58,092 nt of DNA from an uncultured Candidatus Actinomarina sp. Lineage in GTDB: Bacteria > Actinomycetota > Acidimicrobiia > Actinomarinales > Actinomarinaceae. Where the stretch lies: NCBI GenBank assembly GCA_902510995.1, contig CABXDL010000005.1, forward strand, positions 1 to 58,092, in the 5' to 3' direction. Below the pieces are notes generated by a model. The model worked only from the letters and a program-made list of their open reading frames with translations. It made no database searches and was not told the origin of the DNA. A program made the translations under genes and the position numbers. Below, piece after piece: positions 28,657-36,729 of the stretch (position 1 is the stretch's first letter; each line of letters starts with the position of its first letter).

Positions 28657-29570
28657 GAAATTCTTTCTTTTTGTCCAAAAATACCCTGTGGTCTAAATAA
28701 CAAAATTAATATCATTATGGCAAGAGCAACTGCATTTTTAGCTTCTGTATGTCCTTCCATAAATGGTAAAGCAACTGAAACTTGGACAAAGATTCCTATA
28801 AGTAATCCTCCAACCATTGCTCCAAAAGATGTTCCTATACCTCCTAATACTGTCCCTGCAAATATAAGTAACAAAATCAGAAAACCCATGTTGTATCTAA
28901 CGTCATTTATAATTGCTTGAAAAATGCCAGCCAAACCTGCAAGCATACTTGAAGAAATCCATGTAAATAAAATTATATTGTCAGAATTAATGCCTGAAAC
29001 ACTAGCTAATTCACCTGAATCTCTAACAGCTCTCATTGCTTTTCCAATTCGGGTAAAAGTTAAGAATAGACCAATTATTATCATTACTATAAGACCTGCA
29101 ATTAAAACTTTGAAATTTCTAGGAGTCATTTCAATAAATAAATATGTTTGCCTTCTTTCTAGATCTAAAGGAAAGTTCTGGACTCTACCAGTAGCAAATA
29201 AAAGATACAGGTGTCGTATAAATATTGATAATCCAATTGTTACAACTAAAACTGCAATATTACCAACTTCTGCTTTCCTAAGTGGTCTAAACAGTAATAG
29301 CTCTAATAATCCACCAAATACCCCACAAAGAATTACACCGATTATTGCTGAAACTGCAAAACTTATACCTAATGGAGAAAATCTCTCAAGAAATAGAATC
29401 TTTGAGTCTACTGGGCCAGAAAGAAATAAAGTAACAATTGCTCCCAAAGCAATGATTTCGCCATGAGCAAAGTTGACTATCCTTGTTACACCGTAAAGTA
29501 AAGATAGTGCGACAGAGGCAACTGAAATTATTATTCCTAAAAGTAACCCATTGCCTAATTGATCAATCAT
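28653..29570 (-). CDS. livH: branched-chain amino acid ABC transporter permease LivH
   Basis: 305 aa, polytopic, with a LivH-like motif (VNFAHGEIIALGA). Confidence 0.88.
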   Translation of the reverse strand: MIDQLGNGLLLGIIISVASVALSLLYGVTRIVNFAHGEIIALGAIVTLFLSGPVDSKILFLERFSPLGISFAVSAIIGVILCGVFGGLLELLLFRPLRKAEVGNIAVLVVTIGLSIFIRHLYLLFATGRVQNFPLDLERRQTYLFIEMTPRNFKVLIAGLIVMIIIGLFLTFTRIGKAMRAVRDSGELASVSGINSDNIILFTWISSSMLAGLAGIFQAIINDVRYNMGFLILLLIFAGTVLGGIGTSFGAMVGGLLIGIFVQVSVALPFMEGHTEAKNAVALAIMILILLFRPQGIFGQKERIS

Positions 29571-29579
29571 TTTTTAATT

Positions 29580-30425
29580 TCATCCATCCTTAAATATTAC
29601 TTCGGAACCGTCAATTATTTCAATCTCTAATATATATGTTTCATCAATTTGATTGAGATATCCTACAGTTGCATTAAGCCAAGAAATAGGAACCGTCGCT
29701 GTACCTTTTACTACAATAGGTAATTTTTTTGATACTGTAATTTCATATTGACCGTTTAATACCAACTCTTTCATGTTTAGATTAGGCCCTAAGTATATCT
29801 TCCCCGTGCCGGATAAAGATGAAGGCATTAGATTAAGATTGTCTAAATAAATATTTGAATCAATAGAAAAAATATTAAGTTTCCATAAATTTTCTGAACC
29901 TAATTCTATTTTCCAGCCTTTGACTTTAAGTAACGAACTAGTATTTATTTCTCTAAAAACTATTGCTCTCGGCTCGCCTACAATAGTTTCTATTGCTTCT
30001 GGATATCCTAGTTTTCCAGGTTTATTTATAATTTCAGCCTTGTATCCATTGCCTACAAAATAATTTAATTCAATTGCACTACTTTCATCAATAAAGATTT
30101 GTTGTTCTATTGTTGAATCTAAATTTAAATTTTGAAAGGTCGAATCAAACGAATATGTAGTCAAAAATCCTGCATTAAAAAAATGGGCAGCTTGAAAAAA
30201 TATAAATACTGATATTAAGAATCCATAGGAATAAAATTCTATTTTTTCACTTATACTTGTTTTTCTAGCAAGAAATAATAAACCTATAGGGACTATTGTT
30301 AATGGCCAATAATCTAAATAATCATAGATAATTGAAGGCCTTAAGTATCCAAAAAATATTAAAGATATTTGGAAAATTATCACTAATCCAAGTATGAATT
30401 TTATACTATTTTTATAATTTTTCAC
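29580..30425 (-). CDS. hypothetical membrane protein: 3 N-terminal TM segments plus a beta-rich extracytoplasmic domain
   Basis: 281 aa with no motif I can name. It lies 9 nt upstream of livH on the same strand and 4 nt downstream of tRNA-Thr. Confidence 0.6.
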   Translation of the reverse strand: MKNYKNSIKFILGLVIIFQISLIFFGYLRPSIIYDYLDYWPLTIVPIGLLFLARKTSISEKIEFYSYGFLISVFIFFQAAHFFNAGFLTTYSFDSTFQNLNLDSTIEQQIFIDESSAIELNYFVGNGYKAEIINKPGKLGYPEAIETIVGEPRAIVFREINTSSLLKVKGWKIELGSENLWKLNIFSIDSNIYLDNLNLMPSSLSGTGKIYLGPNLNMKELVLNGQYEITVSKKLPIVVKGTATVPISWLNATVGYLNQIDETYILEIEIIDGSEVIFKDG

Positions 30426-30429
30426 TTAG

Positions 30430-30502
30430 AGCCGGAGAGGGGAGTCGAACCCCTGACCTGCCGATTACAAGTCGGCTGCTCTGGCCACTGAGCTACTCCG
30501 GC
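30430..30502 (-). tRNA. tRNA-Thr (anticodon UGU)
   Basis: Hand-folded cloverleaf on the minus strand: GCCGGAG-UA-GCUC-AGUGGCCA-GAGC-A-GCCGA-CU[UGU]AA-UCGGC-AGGUC-AGGGG-UUCGACU-CCCCU-CUCCGGC-U. No CCA is encoded. Confidence 0.93.
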
Positions 30503-30541
30503 GAATAGTAAAATAATAGCAAACAATAAATTTCAGTTAAT

Positions 30542-31270
30542 TTATTTTTTAATAAATATTTGATGCATTGCTATAGCTCCAGCAACGGAAACGTTTAATG
30601 ATTCAGTTTTATTTAGCATTTCTATCTGAGAAATTAGATCTAATTTATTTTTTACTTCATTACTGAGGCCTTTTTCTTCTGAACCTAGAAATATCGCAAC
30701 ATTTTGTTCGTTAAAATCAATATCTTTTATTTTTGTTTCTCCACTCATGTCTAGACCTATAGTCCAAATATCAAGATTGTTTAATTTCTTTATAAGTGAA
30801 AATATAGAATTATAAGTTAGAATATTAACTTTCTCTAGTCCCCCTGCTGAAATTGAAAATACTTTTTCAGACAATTTTACTGACCTTTTTGATGGTATTG
30901 CTAAAACATTAAAATCAAATGCTGCAGCACTCCTTACAATTGCTCCTAAATTATTTATATCCTGTATATGGTCACAAACTATAAAATTTGAACTTTTAAA
31001 TTTCGTTATATCTGACTCTCTGTAGGTTACTAACGGGTTGCAAATAGCTACGACTCTGTGCCTGTTGCTATATTCCCAATCAGCTTTATTCATTACTTCT
31101 ATTATTTTTATTTTTTTCTTTTGGACTATGTCAATCAAAGAATCAAATCTTTTTGATTGATTTTTTGTACGCAAAATAATTATTTCATTTACTCTGTTTG
31201 TTTCTAAAGCAGCTTCTACAGAGTTAAAACCTTCAACTAGTTTTCCAAGACCATCCACTGTATGTTCCAT
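30542..31270 (-). CDS. rlmB: SpoU/TrmH-family 23S rRNA 2'-O-methyltransferase (RlmB-like)
   Basis: SpoU motifs (NLGAIVRSAAAF; FLGSEEKGLS; LNVSVAGAIAM). The listed start overlaps cysS by 38 nt, so the true start may be further downstream. Confidence 0.8.
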   Translation of the reverse strand: MEHTVDGLGKLVEGFNSVEAALETNRVNEIIILRTKNQSKRFDSLIDIVQKKKIKIIEVMNKADWEYSNRHRVVAICNPLVTYRESDITKFKSSNFIVCDHIQDINNLGAIVRSAAAFDFNVLAIPSKRSVKLSEKVFSISAGGLEKVNILTYNSIFSLIKKLNNLDIWTIGLDMSGETKIKDIDFNEQNVAIFLGSEEKGLSNEVKNKLDLISQIEMLNKTESLNVSVAGAIAMHQIFIKK

Positions 31271-32630
31271 CTTCTATGCTTATTCCAATATCTAAAATGC
31301 TTTCTCTCATTTTATCTGCAGAATTAAAATCTTTTTTCTTTCTCAAGCTTTCTCTAATATTTATAAATTCGTTTACTGCTTGATCAATATCTCCAAATTT
31401 AATATCGTATTCATTAAAAAACTCAATGAGCTCATCTTTTGTCTTCCTATTTGTATCTTTTTTTATCAATTCAAAACCAAGTACATTAAATACAAACTTG
31501 ATAGTTGATTTAAGATCCTTTAACTTTTGTTCCTCTAAAGCGTCTGCTTCATTTATTAACTTAAATAAATCTCCCAACATTTTCGCCGTATTTAAATCTT
31601 CATTCATAGATTCTTCAAAAATACTTAAAACTTTTTCATTCTTGGGTTCAGGATTTACTCCTTTTGTAAATTCAATTAAATTGTTTAATGTTGATTCAGA
31701 TTCTTTTAATAAATCTAAACTAAATTCCTGAGGGCTTCTATATTGAGATTTTAAAAAGAAAAATCTTACAACTTGGCCATCAAATTCATTTATGTAATCA
31801 TTTAATAATTTAATATTTCCTTCAGATTTAGACATTTTTTTTCCTGATAAATTTAACATCCCATTATGCAACCAGTAATTTACAAATTTCTCATTAGGGT
31901 AAGCTCCTTTTGATTGTGCAATTTCATTTTCATGATGAGGAAAAATTAAGTCATTACCACCACAATGAATATCGATTGTTTTACCAAGAATTGCTTCAAT
32001 CATTGAAGAGCATTCAATATGCCAGCCAGGGCGTCCATTCCCCCAAGGAGACTCCCAATATGGTTCATCTTCTTGTGAAAACTTCCAAAGAGCAAAATCT
32101 TCTGGGTTTTTTTTATCCTCTTCAATTTCAACTCTTGTTCCTGATACAACATCATCTTTTGTTCTTCCAGATAACAACAAATAATCATCAAATTTTGATA
32201 TCTCATAATAAACTCCTGATTTAGTTACATATGCAAATTTATTTTCTATCAGTTTTTTTATATATTTTATAATATGATCTATAAATTCAGTTGCCTTAGG
32301 TTCTTTATCAGGATCAATACAATTAAGCTCCTCGTAAGCGTTGTGAAATTCTTTAGAAACTCTTGTTCCAAGTTCGGCATAAGAAATATTCTCTTCAAAA
32401 GATTTTTCGATTATCTTATCATCTATATCTGTAATGTTTCTAACAAAAATAACTTTGTATTCTAAATATTTTAAATATCTAACAAGAAAATCAAAAACAA
32501 CTGCTGATCTACCATGACCTAGGTGTGGTGATGACTGTACAGTTGGTCCACATAGATAAATTTTTACTTGTTTTTTATTTAATTCAACTTCTTCTAGTGA
32601 ATTACTGTATGAATTATATAACTTAAGCAT
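31233..32630 (-). CDS. cysS: cysteine--tRNA ligase
   Basis: HIGH-type motif SSPHLGHGRS, KMSKS, and Zn/Cys-binding WHIECS. Confidence 0.95.
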   Translation of the reverse strand: MLKLYNSYSNSLEEVELNKKQVKIYLCGPTVQSSPHLGHGRSAVVFDFLVRYLKYLEYKVIFVRNITDIDDKIIEKSFEENISYAELGTRVSKEFHNAYEELNCIDPDKEPKATEFIDHIIKYIKKLIENKFAYVTKSGVYYEISKFDDYLLLSGRTKDDVVSGTRVEIEEDKKNPEDFALWKFSQEDEPYWESPWGNGRPGWHIECSSMIEAILGKTIDIHCGGNDLIFPHHENEIAQSKGAYPNEKFVNYWLHNGMLNLSGKKMSKSEGNIKLLNDYINEFDGQVVRFFFLKSQYRSPQEFSLDLLKESESTLNNLIEFTKGVNPEPKNEKVLSIFEESMNEDLNTAKMLGDLFKLINEADALEEQKLKDLKSTIKFVFNVLGFELIKKDTNRKTKDELIEFFNEYDIKFGDIDQAVNEFINIRESLRKKKDFNSADKMRESILDIGISIEDGTYSGWSWKTS

Positions 32631-33093
32631 TTTCTAATAGTATTGTAACAAGACATGCTGATGCTTTTTTATCGCCGATAAGTCCAAAAGAATCAGTTGT
32701 TTTTCCTTTAATATTTACTTTTCCAACATCAATATTTAAAAGTTTCGAAATATTTTCCTCCAGCTCTTCTCTTCTTTCGCTTACGAAAAAACGTTGTGAA
32801 ATAATTATTATGTCAATATTGCATACTCTTAATTTATCATATTCAATAATTTCTAATATTTTTTCTAGCATTTGAGTACTTCTTAGCCCTTTCTCTGTAG
32901 GCTCCTTGGAAGGAAAATAGTATCCAAGATCTTTTTTGCTTACTGAACCTAAAAGAGCATCACATAAAGCATGTAGAACAATGTCTCCATCTGAATAGGC
33001 TTCAAAACCGTCTTCTTGAAACTCTAAACCAGCGAGATATAGTGGATTTGAAGACGAGTGTTTGTGTAAATCCCAGCCATTACCAACTAACAT
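32623..33093 (-). CDS. ispF: 2-C-methyl-D-erythritol 2,4-cyclodiphosphate synthase
   Basis: GNGWDLH ... SDGDIVLHALCDALLG motifs, 156 aa. Confidence 0.9.
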   Translation of the reverse strand: MLVGNGWDLHKHSSSNPLYLAGLEFQEDGFEAYSDGDIVLHALCDALLGSVSKKDLGYYFPSKEPTEKGLRSTQMLEKILEIIEYDKLRVCNIDIIIISQRFFVSERREELEENISKLLNIDVGKVNIKGKTTDSFGLIGDKKASACLVTILLENA

Positions 33094-33126
33094 ATATAAA
33101 CCTTTTTAATGAAGCTATTTATTAAA

Positions 33127-33693
33127 TTATAAACCGTCGTCGGGATCTTCTTCTGGTAGATATTGAGATATTTTATCTACAGCACTTTCTTCATCTATTT
33201 CTAATGCACAAGCAATCTCACTAGCTAATGTCATCCTTGCTTTAGCTAACATTCTTTTTAAAGCTGGTGAAATGCCTTTATTTATTTGAGAGTGAGTTAA
33301 ATCTCTAACTACTTCGGCAACCTGGATTATGTCTCCTGATGTCATTTTTTCTGTTAATACTTTATACCATCTACTCCAGTTTGTACCAGCTTCTTCAGGT
33401 TTCTCCTTAAATATTGGAAATACTTTTCTAGCAACTGCACTCTTTGAAATAACAGGCCTAATTACCTCATCAACATTTTCAACTGGCACCATTACAGTTA
33501 ATCCATCAAGTAACACTTCTATTTCAAAATATTGAATTCTTTTTGATTTAGGTTCGCCCTCTACAAAAATTTCTACATTTTTGTTCACTTTTCTAATAAC
33601 TTTTGCAGCTCCATGGTGGGGATGAACTACAAATTGGTTTGGTTTATATTTATCTGTTACTTTTTTAGATTTTGTTGCCATAGATGTCAACAA
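33127..33693 (-). CDS. carD: CarD-family RNA polymerase-binding transcription regulator
   Basis: N-terminal Tudor-like FVVHPHHGAAKV and a C-terminal helical domain. Sits in the actinobacterial carD-ispF-cysS context. Confidence 0.88.
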   Translation of the reverse strand: MLTSMATKSKKVTDKYKPNQFVVHPHHGAAKVIRKVNKNVEIFVEGEPKSKRIQYFEIEVLLDGLTVMVPVENVDEVIRPVISKSAVARKVFPIFKEKPEEAGTNWSRWYKVLTEKMTSGDIIQVAEVVRDLTHSQINKGISPALKRMLAKARMTLASEIACALEIDEESAVDKISQYLPEEDPDDGL

Positions 33694-33713
33694 TAGTACA
33701 ACTAAAAATCTAT

Positions 33714-34754
33714 CTAATGGCCATTAATATAAGAAAAACCTACATTTTTAAGGATTGTATCAAAATACTCTCTTAATTGTTGTGCTCTATTTCTTCCAAT
33801 CCCTTCTACTTCAAATAATTTATCAGTAGGTGCGTTTAATAAGTTTGGAAGGTTTTTAAATTTTTGTATTAATGAATCATGCAGGTTATCAGGAAGCCCA
33901 GGTAGTCTAGCTAAAACTCTATACCCTTTAGAAACTGAGACCTCATCTAATGATTCCATGAACAAAACAGATCCTAAATGTTCAATTGTGTTCAACTCTT
34001 CATAAGTTAAATTTGCTATTTCATCAACAGCTTTATTTATATTTCTAAATCTTTTACCTGGTAAGTGGTCTTTCAAGACTAAGTCGAGAGTGTTTCTAAC
34101 TCCTGACTCAAGGGAGTCAATTTGAATCATAACTAGTCCTGAGTCTTCTCCTAAGTCAGATGCTTCTTTTCTTACTTGTTGAGATAGCCTTCCAAGCAAT
34201 TCGCCCCTTTGAATAACCTCAAGCACTTGTTGGTTTGTTAGTGTATTTTCAATCTCTAGTTCTCCTAGTTCTAATACTGCATCATCAAATCTTCTTCTAG
34301 TCCTATCAACTGATTGTAATGACTCATTAACTCTTCCAAATATTATTGAAGACTCTTCAAGCTCAATTACATTATTTCCATTAAAAACTTTTATTATTGA
34401 AGATTCTTCTGAAACTGCAACGACACTGAGATCTGTTTCCACCGACACTCTCTCTGCTGTTCTATGCCTAGTTCCTGTTTGGGAAGTTGCTATATCGTCT
34501 GAAGGATTTAAATGAACATTAGCTTTTAATATACTGTTTACACTTTCATCAACAATAATTGCTCCATCCATCTTTGCTAATTCAGACATCATTTCAGGAG
34601 TGTAGGAACAACTGTTTAAAGATACTCCACCAGAAGAAATTTTTTCTAACTTTGCTGAGGTTCCTATAACAATTAGGGCTCCTGTTTTCTTATCAGCTAT
34701 AAGGTCTACTCCATTTCTTAATGGTTGACCTGGAATCAGTTGATCCTCAGCCAT
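33714..34754 (-). CDS. disA: DNA integrity scanning protein DisA (diadenylate cyclase)
   Basis: DAC motifs DGAIIV and GTRHRTAERVS. C-terminal HhH (EVEGIGRNRAQQLREYF). Confidence 0.92.
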   Translation of the reverse strand: MAEDQLIPGQPLRNGVDLIADKKTGALIVIGTSAKLEKISSGGVSLNSCSYTPEMMSELAKMDGAIIVDESVNSILKANVHLNPSDDIATSQTGTRHRTAERVSVETDLSVVAVSEESSIIKVFNGNNVIELEESSIIFGRVNESLQSVDRTRRRFDDAVLELGELEIENTLTNQQVLEVIQRGELLGRLSQQVRKEASDLGEDSGLVMIQIDSLESGVRNTLDLVLKDHLPGKRFRNINKAVDEIANLTYEELNTIEHLGSVLFMESLDEVSVSKGYRVLARLPGLPDNLHDSLIQKFKNLPNLLNAPTDKLFEVEGIGRNRAQQLREYFDTILKNVGFSYINGH

Positions 34755-34847
34755 AAAATTCCCCTCTGTTCTTTTATTATTTGAGTATTTTGTTTATTCG
34801 AATGTTACTGTATTATTTTATTATTAATCTAGTTATCAAAGGATATT

Positions 34848-35738
34848 GTGGAAAATATTACTTGTAAAGCATGCCAAGCAGTAGTTGACAAAAAATTGGA
34901 ATTTTGTTCAAGTTGTGGTGAGTGGCTTGGTTTGAAAATAGAAGATATTCAAAGTAAGCCCGATCAGGAACAAGACAGGTTCAATAAGAGAACCCGCGTA
35001 CCGCAAATTAGATGTTCAAATTGTGGAAACAGTAATCTTCCCTCTGTTAGAAATTGTAGAGATTGTGGTGTGCCTTTGGTTAGACCCCTGTCAAGCTATG
35101 GTGCCTCTGAACTGCCCAGCAGAAAAGAAGTACCGGGTATAAGGGCTGTCTTTTTTCTTGCACTAATTATTCCTTTAATTGCAGGTGCAAGTTATTTTTA
35201 TAACACAAGGATAGCCGAAGAAGTAATTGAAGAAATAGAAATAGTTCAACAAACAACCATGCCAACAACATCTACAACTGTTGCAAGTATGCTCAAATTA
35301 CAAATACCTTTATCATGTAAAGCTTCTTCTACATATGAGTCAGGTAACTCTGGAGATTTTGCGTGTGAAAATCTTTATGATAATTCCTACACAATGTGGC
35401 AAGACAATTCACTTCAATGTAAAGACGGCTGGTTAGAATTTACTTTTGAAGATGAAATATATTTAGAGTTTATTGTCGTAGAAAATGCTGAAAAGAGTAC
35501 ATCTTTTAAAAGAAACTATAAGGTAAGGGATTTATTAATTACTGCTGATGATAAGGAATTAGAGATACAACAAGAACTTGAAAATGATAACTTTGAACAG
35601 TGGATAGATATTTATACTACAACTGCAAAATTGAGACTAGATTTTCTAAGTGCATACCCGGGAGAAGATTTAAATGGACAAAATGCTTTTGATGAATGTG
35701 CTATTCAAGAAATAAGATTTTTTGGCAAAGATTCGTAA
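34848..35738 (+). CDS. double zinc-ribbon, single-TM protein with a C-terminal discoidin/glycan-binding-like beta-sandwich domain
   Basis: CKAC...CSSCGEW and CSNCG...CRDCGVP ribbons. TM segment AVFFLALIIPLIAGASYFY. The C-terminal domain ends with CAIQEIRFFG. GTG start with AAGGA SD. Confidence 0.65.
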   Translation: MENITCKACQAVVDKKLEFCSSCGEWLGLKIEDIQSKPDQEQDRFNKRTRVPQIRCSNCGNSNLPSVRNCRDCGVPLVRPLSSYGASELPSRKEVPGIRAVFFLALIIPLIAGASYFYNTRIAEEVIEEIEIVQQTTMPTTSTTVASMLKLQIPLSCKASSTYESGNSGDFACENLYDNSYTMWQDNSLQCKDGWLEFTFEDEIYLEFIVVENAEKSTSFKRNYKVRDLLITADDKELEIQQELENDNFEQWIDIYTTTAKLRLDFLSAYPGEDLNGQNAFDECAIQEIRFFGKDS

Positions 35739-35775
35739 ATTTAGATTTACTTTTTATAACTGTAATTTTTCCTTA

Positions 35776-36708
35776 TTAATTTAATTTATTAGCAGAATCA
35801 AATAAGACATTGTAAACTTCATCCGAATCAAGATCGTATATCCAGTTAACGTTTGGCTTCCTATCTGAAATGCCTAGCGAATCAACAACTGTTTGTCCAA
35901 GTGTTAATTCTGAATCAACTTCTACTTCAACATTTACCATTTTGTGTGTAAAAATTGAAGGGTCAACCAAAAAAACTGAAACCAATAAATCATGAACAGG
36001 AGTTCCTTCTGGGTATATTTCTTTTACTAATGGAAGTTCATCTAAGGATGTCATTAAGTGAAGCATTGCGTCGGATGCTTTGTTGCTAATTTTTTTAAGT
36101 TTTTCTTTTCTAGGTTTGGTTGTAATTGACTTATTTGTAACATCTAAACCTAACATATATATTTCTATACCTGAATTTAATACTATCTTTGCTGCTTCTG
36201 GATCAACATAAGTATTAAATTCTGCAACTGGAGTTGTGTTACCTCTTAAAGCTGAACCACCCATAAAAACTATTTTTTCTATGTTCTCTACAAGTGCTGG
36301 ATTATTCTTAATTACAGTACCAATATTGGTCATAGGGCCTAAAATACTAATTGTTATTTTTTCGTTACTTTCTTCCAGCTCCTTCGTTATAAAGTCCACT
36401 GCTGACAATTTCTGTTTTTTTAAGTTAGTGGCTGGTATATTTAAATTGTTTAATCCATCTGTTCCATGAACCCATTCTGCTGTAACTAATTCTCTACTAA
36501 TTGGTTTTGAGCAGCCCTCGTAAACAGGAATTTCAGCTCTGCCAGTAAATTCTAAAATTCGCAAAGCATTCTTCGTACCTACTTCAACTGGCACATTACC
36601 AGCAACAGTTGTTATACCTATAATCTCTTCATTATCAAAATTCGCAAGAGCGACAAGAATTGCTACTGCATCGTCTGTTCCTGGATCAGTATCAATTAAT
36701 AATTTCAT
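35776..36708 (-). CDS. nucleoside hydrolase (IunH family)
   Basis: N-terminal DTDPGTDDAVAI aspartate cluster, 310 aa. Confidence 0.9.
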   Translation of the reverse strand: MKLLIDTDPGTDDAVAILVALANFDNEEIIGITTVAGNVPVEVGTKNALRILEFTGRAEIPVYEGCSKPISRELVTAEWVHGTDGLNNLNIPATNLKKQKLSAVDFITKELEESNEKITISILGPMTNIGTVIKNNPALVENIEKIVFMGGSALRGNTTPVAEFNTYVDPEAAKIVLNSGIEIYMLGLDVTNKSITTKPRKEKLKKISNKASDAMLHLMTSLDELPLVKEIYPEGTPVHDLLVSVFLVDPSIFTHKMVNVEVEVDSELTLGQTVVDSLGISDRKPNVNWIYDLDSDEVYNVLFDSANKLN

Positions 36709-36729
36709 AAATTCTTAATTATGTGGAAT

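Noticed and set aside
28924-29466. 180-aa ORF on the + strand antisense to livH. Similar long antisense ORFs occur at 48929-49486 (tilS), 41937-42326 (coaX), 51389-51757 (metY) and 21584-21937 (rex).
   Set aside because: Each lies entirely inside a gene with strong family motifs on the other strand. The translations are low-complexity (Ser/Leu/Ile/Pro-rich mirror images of Lys/Glu/Asn/Gly-rich sense codons) with no recognisable motif, SD or independent start context. I treat them as frame artefacts. The length of open antisense frames in such AT-rich DNA is mildly surprising.
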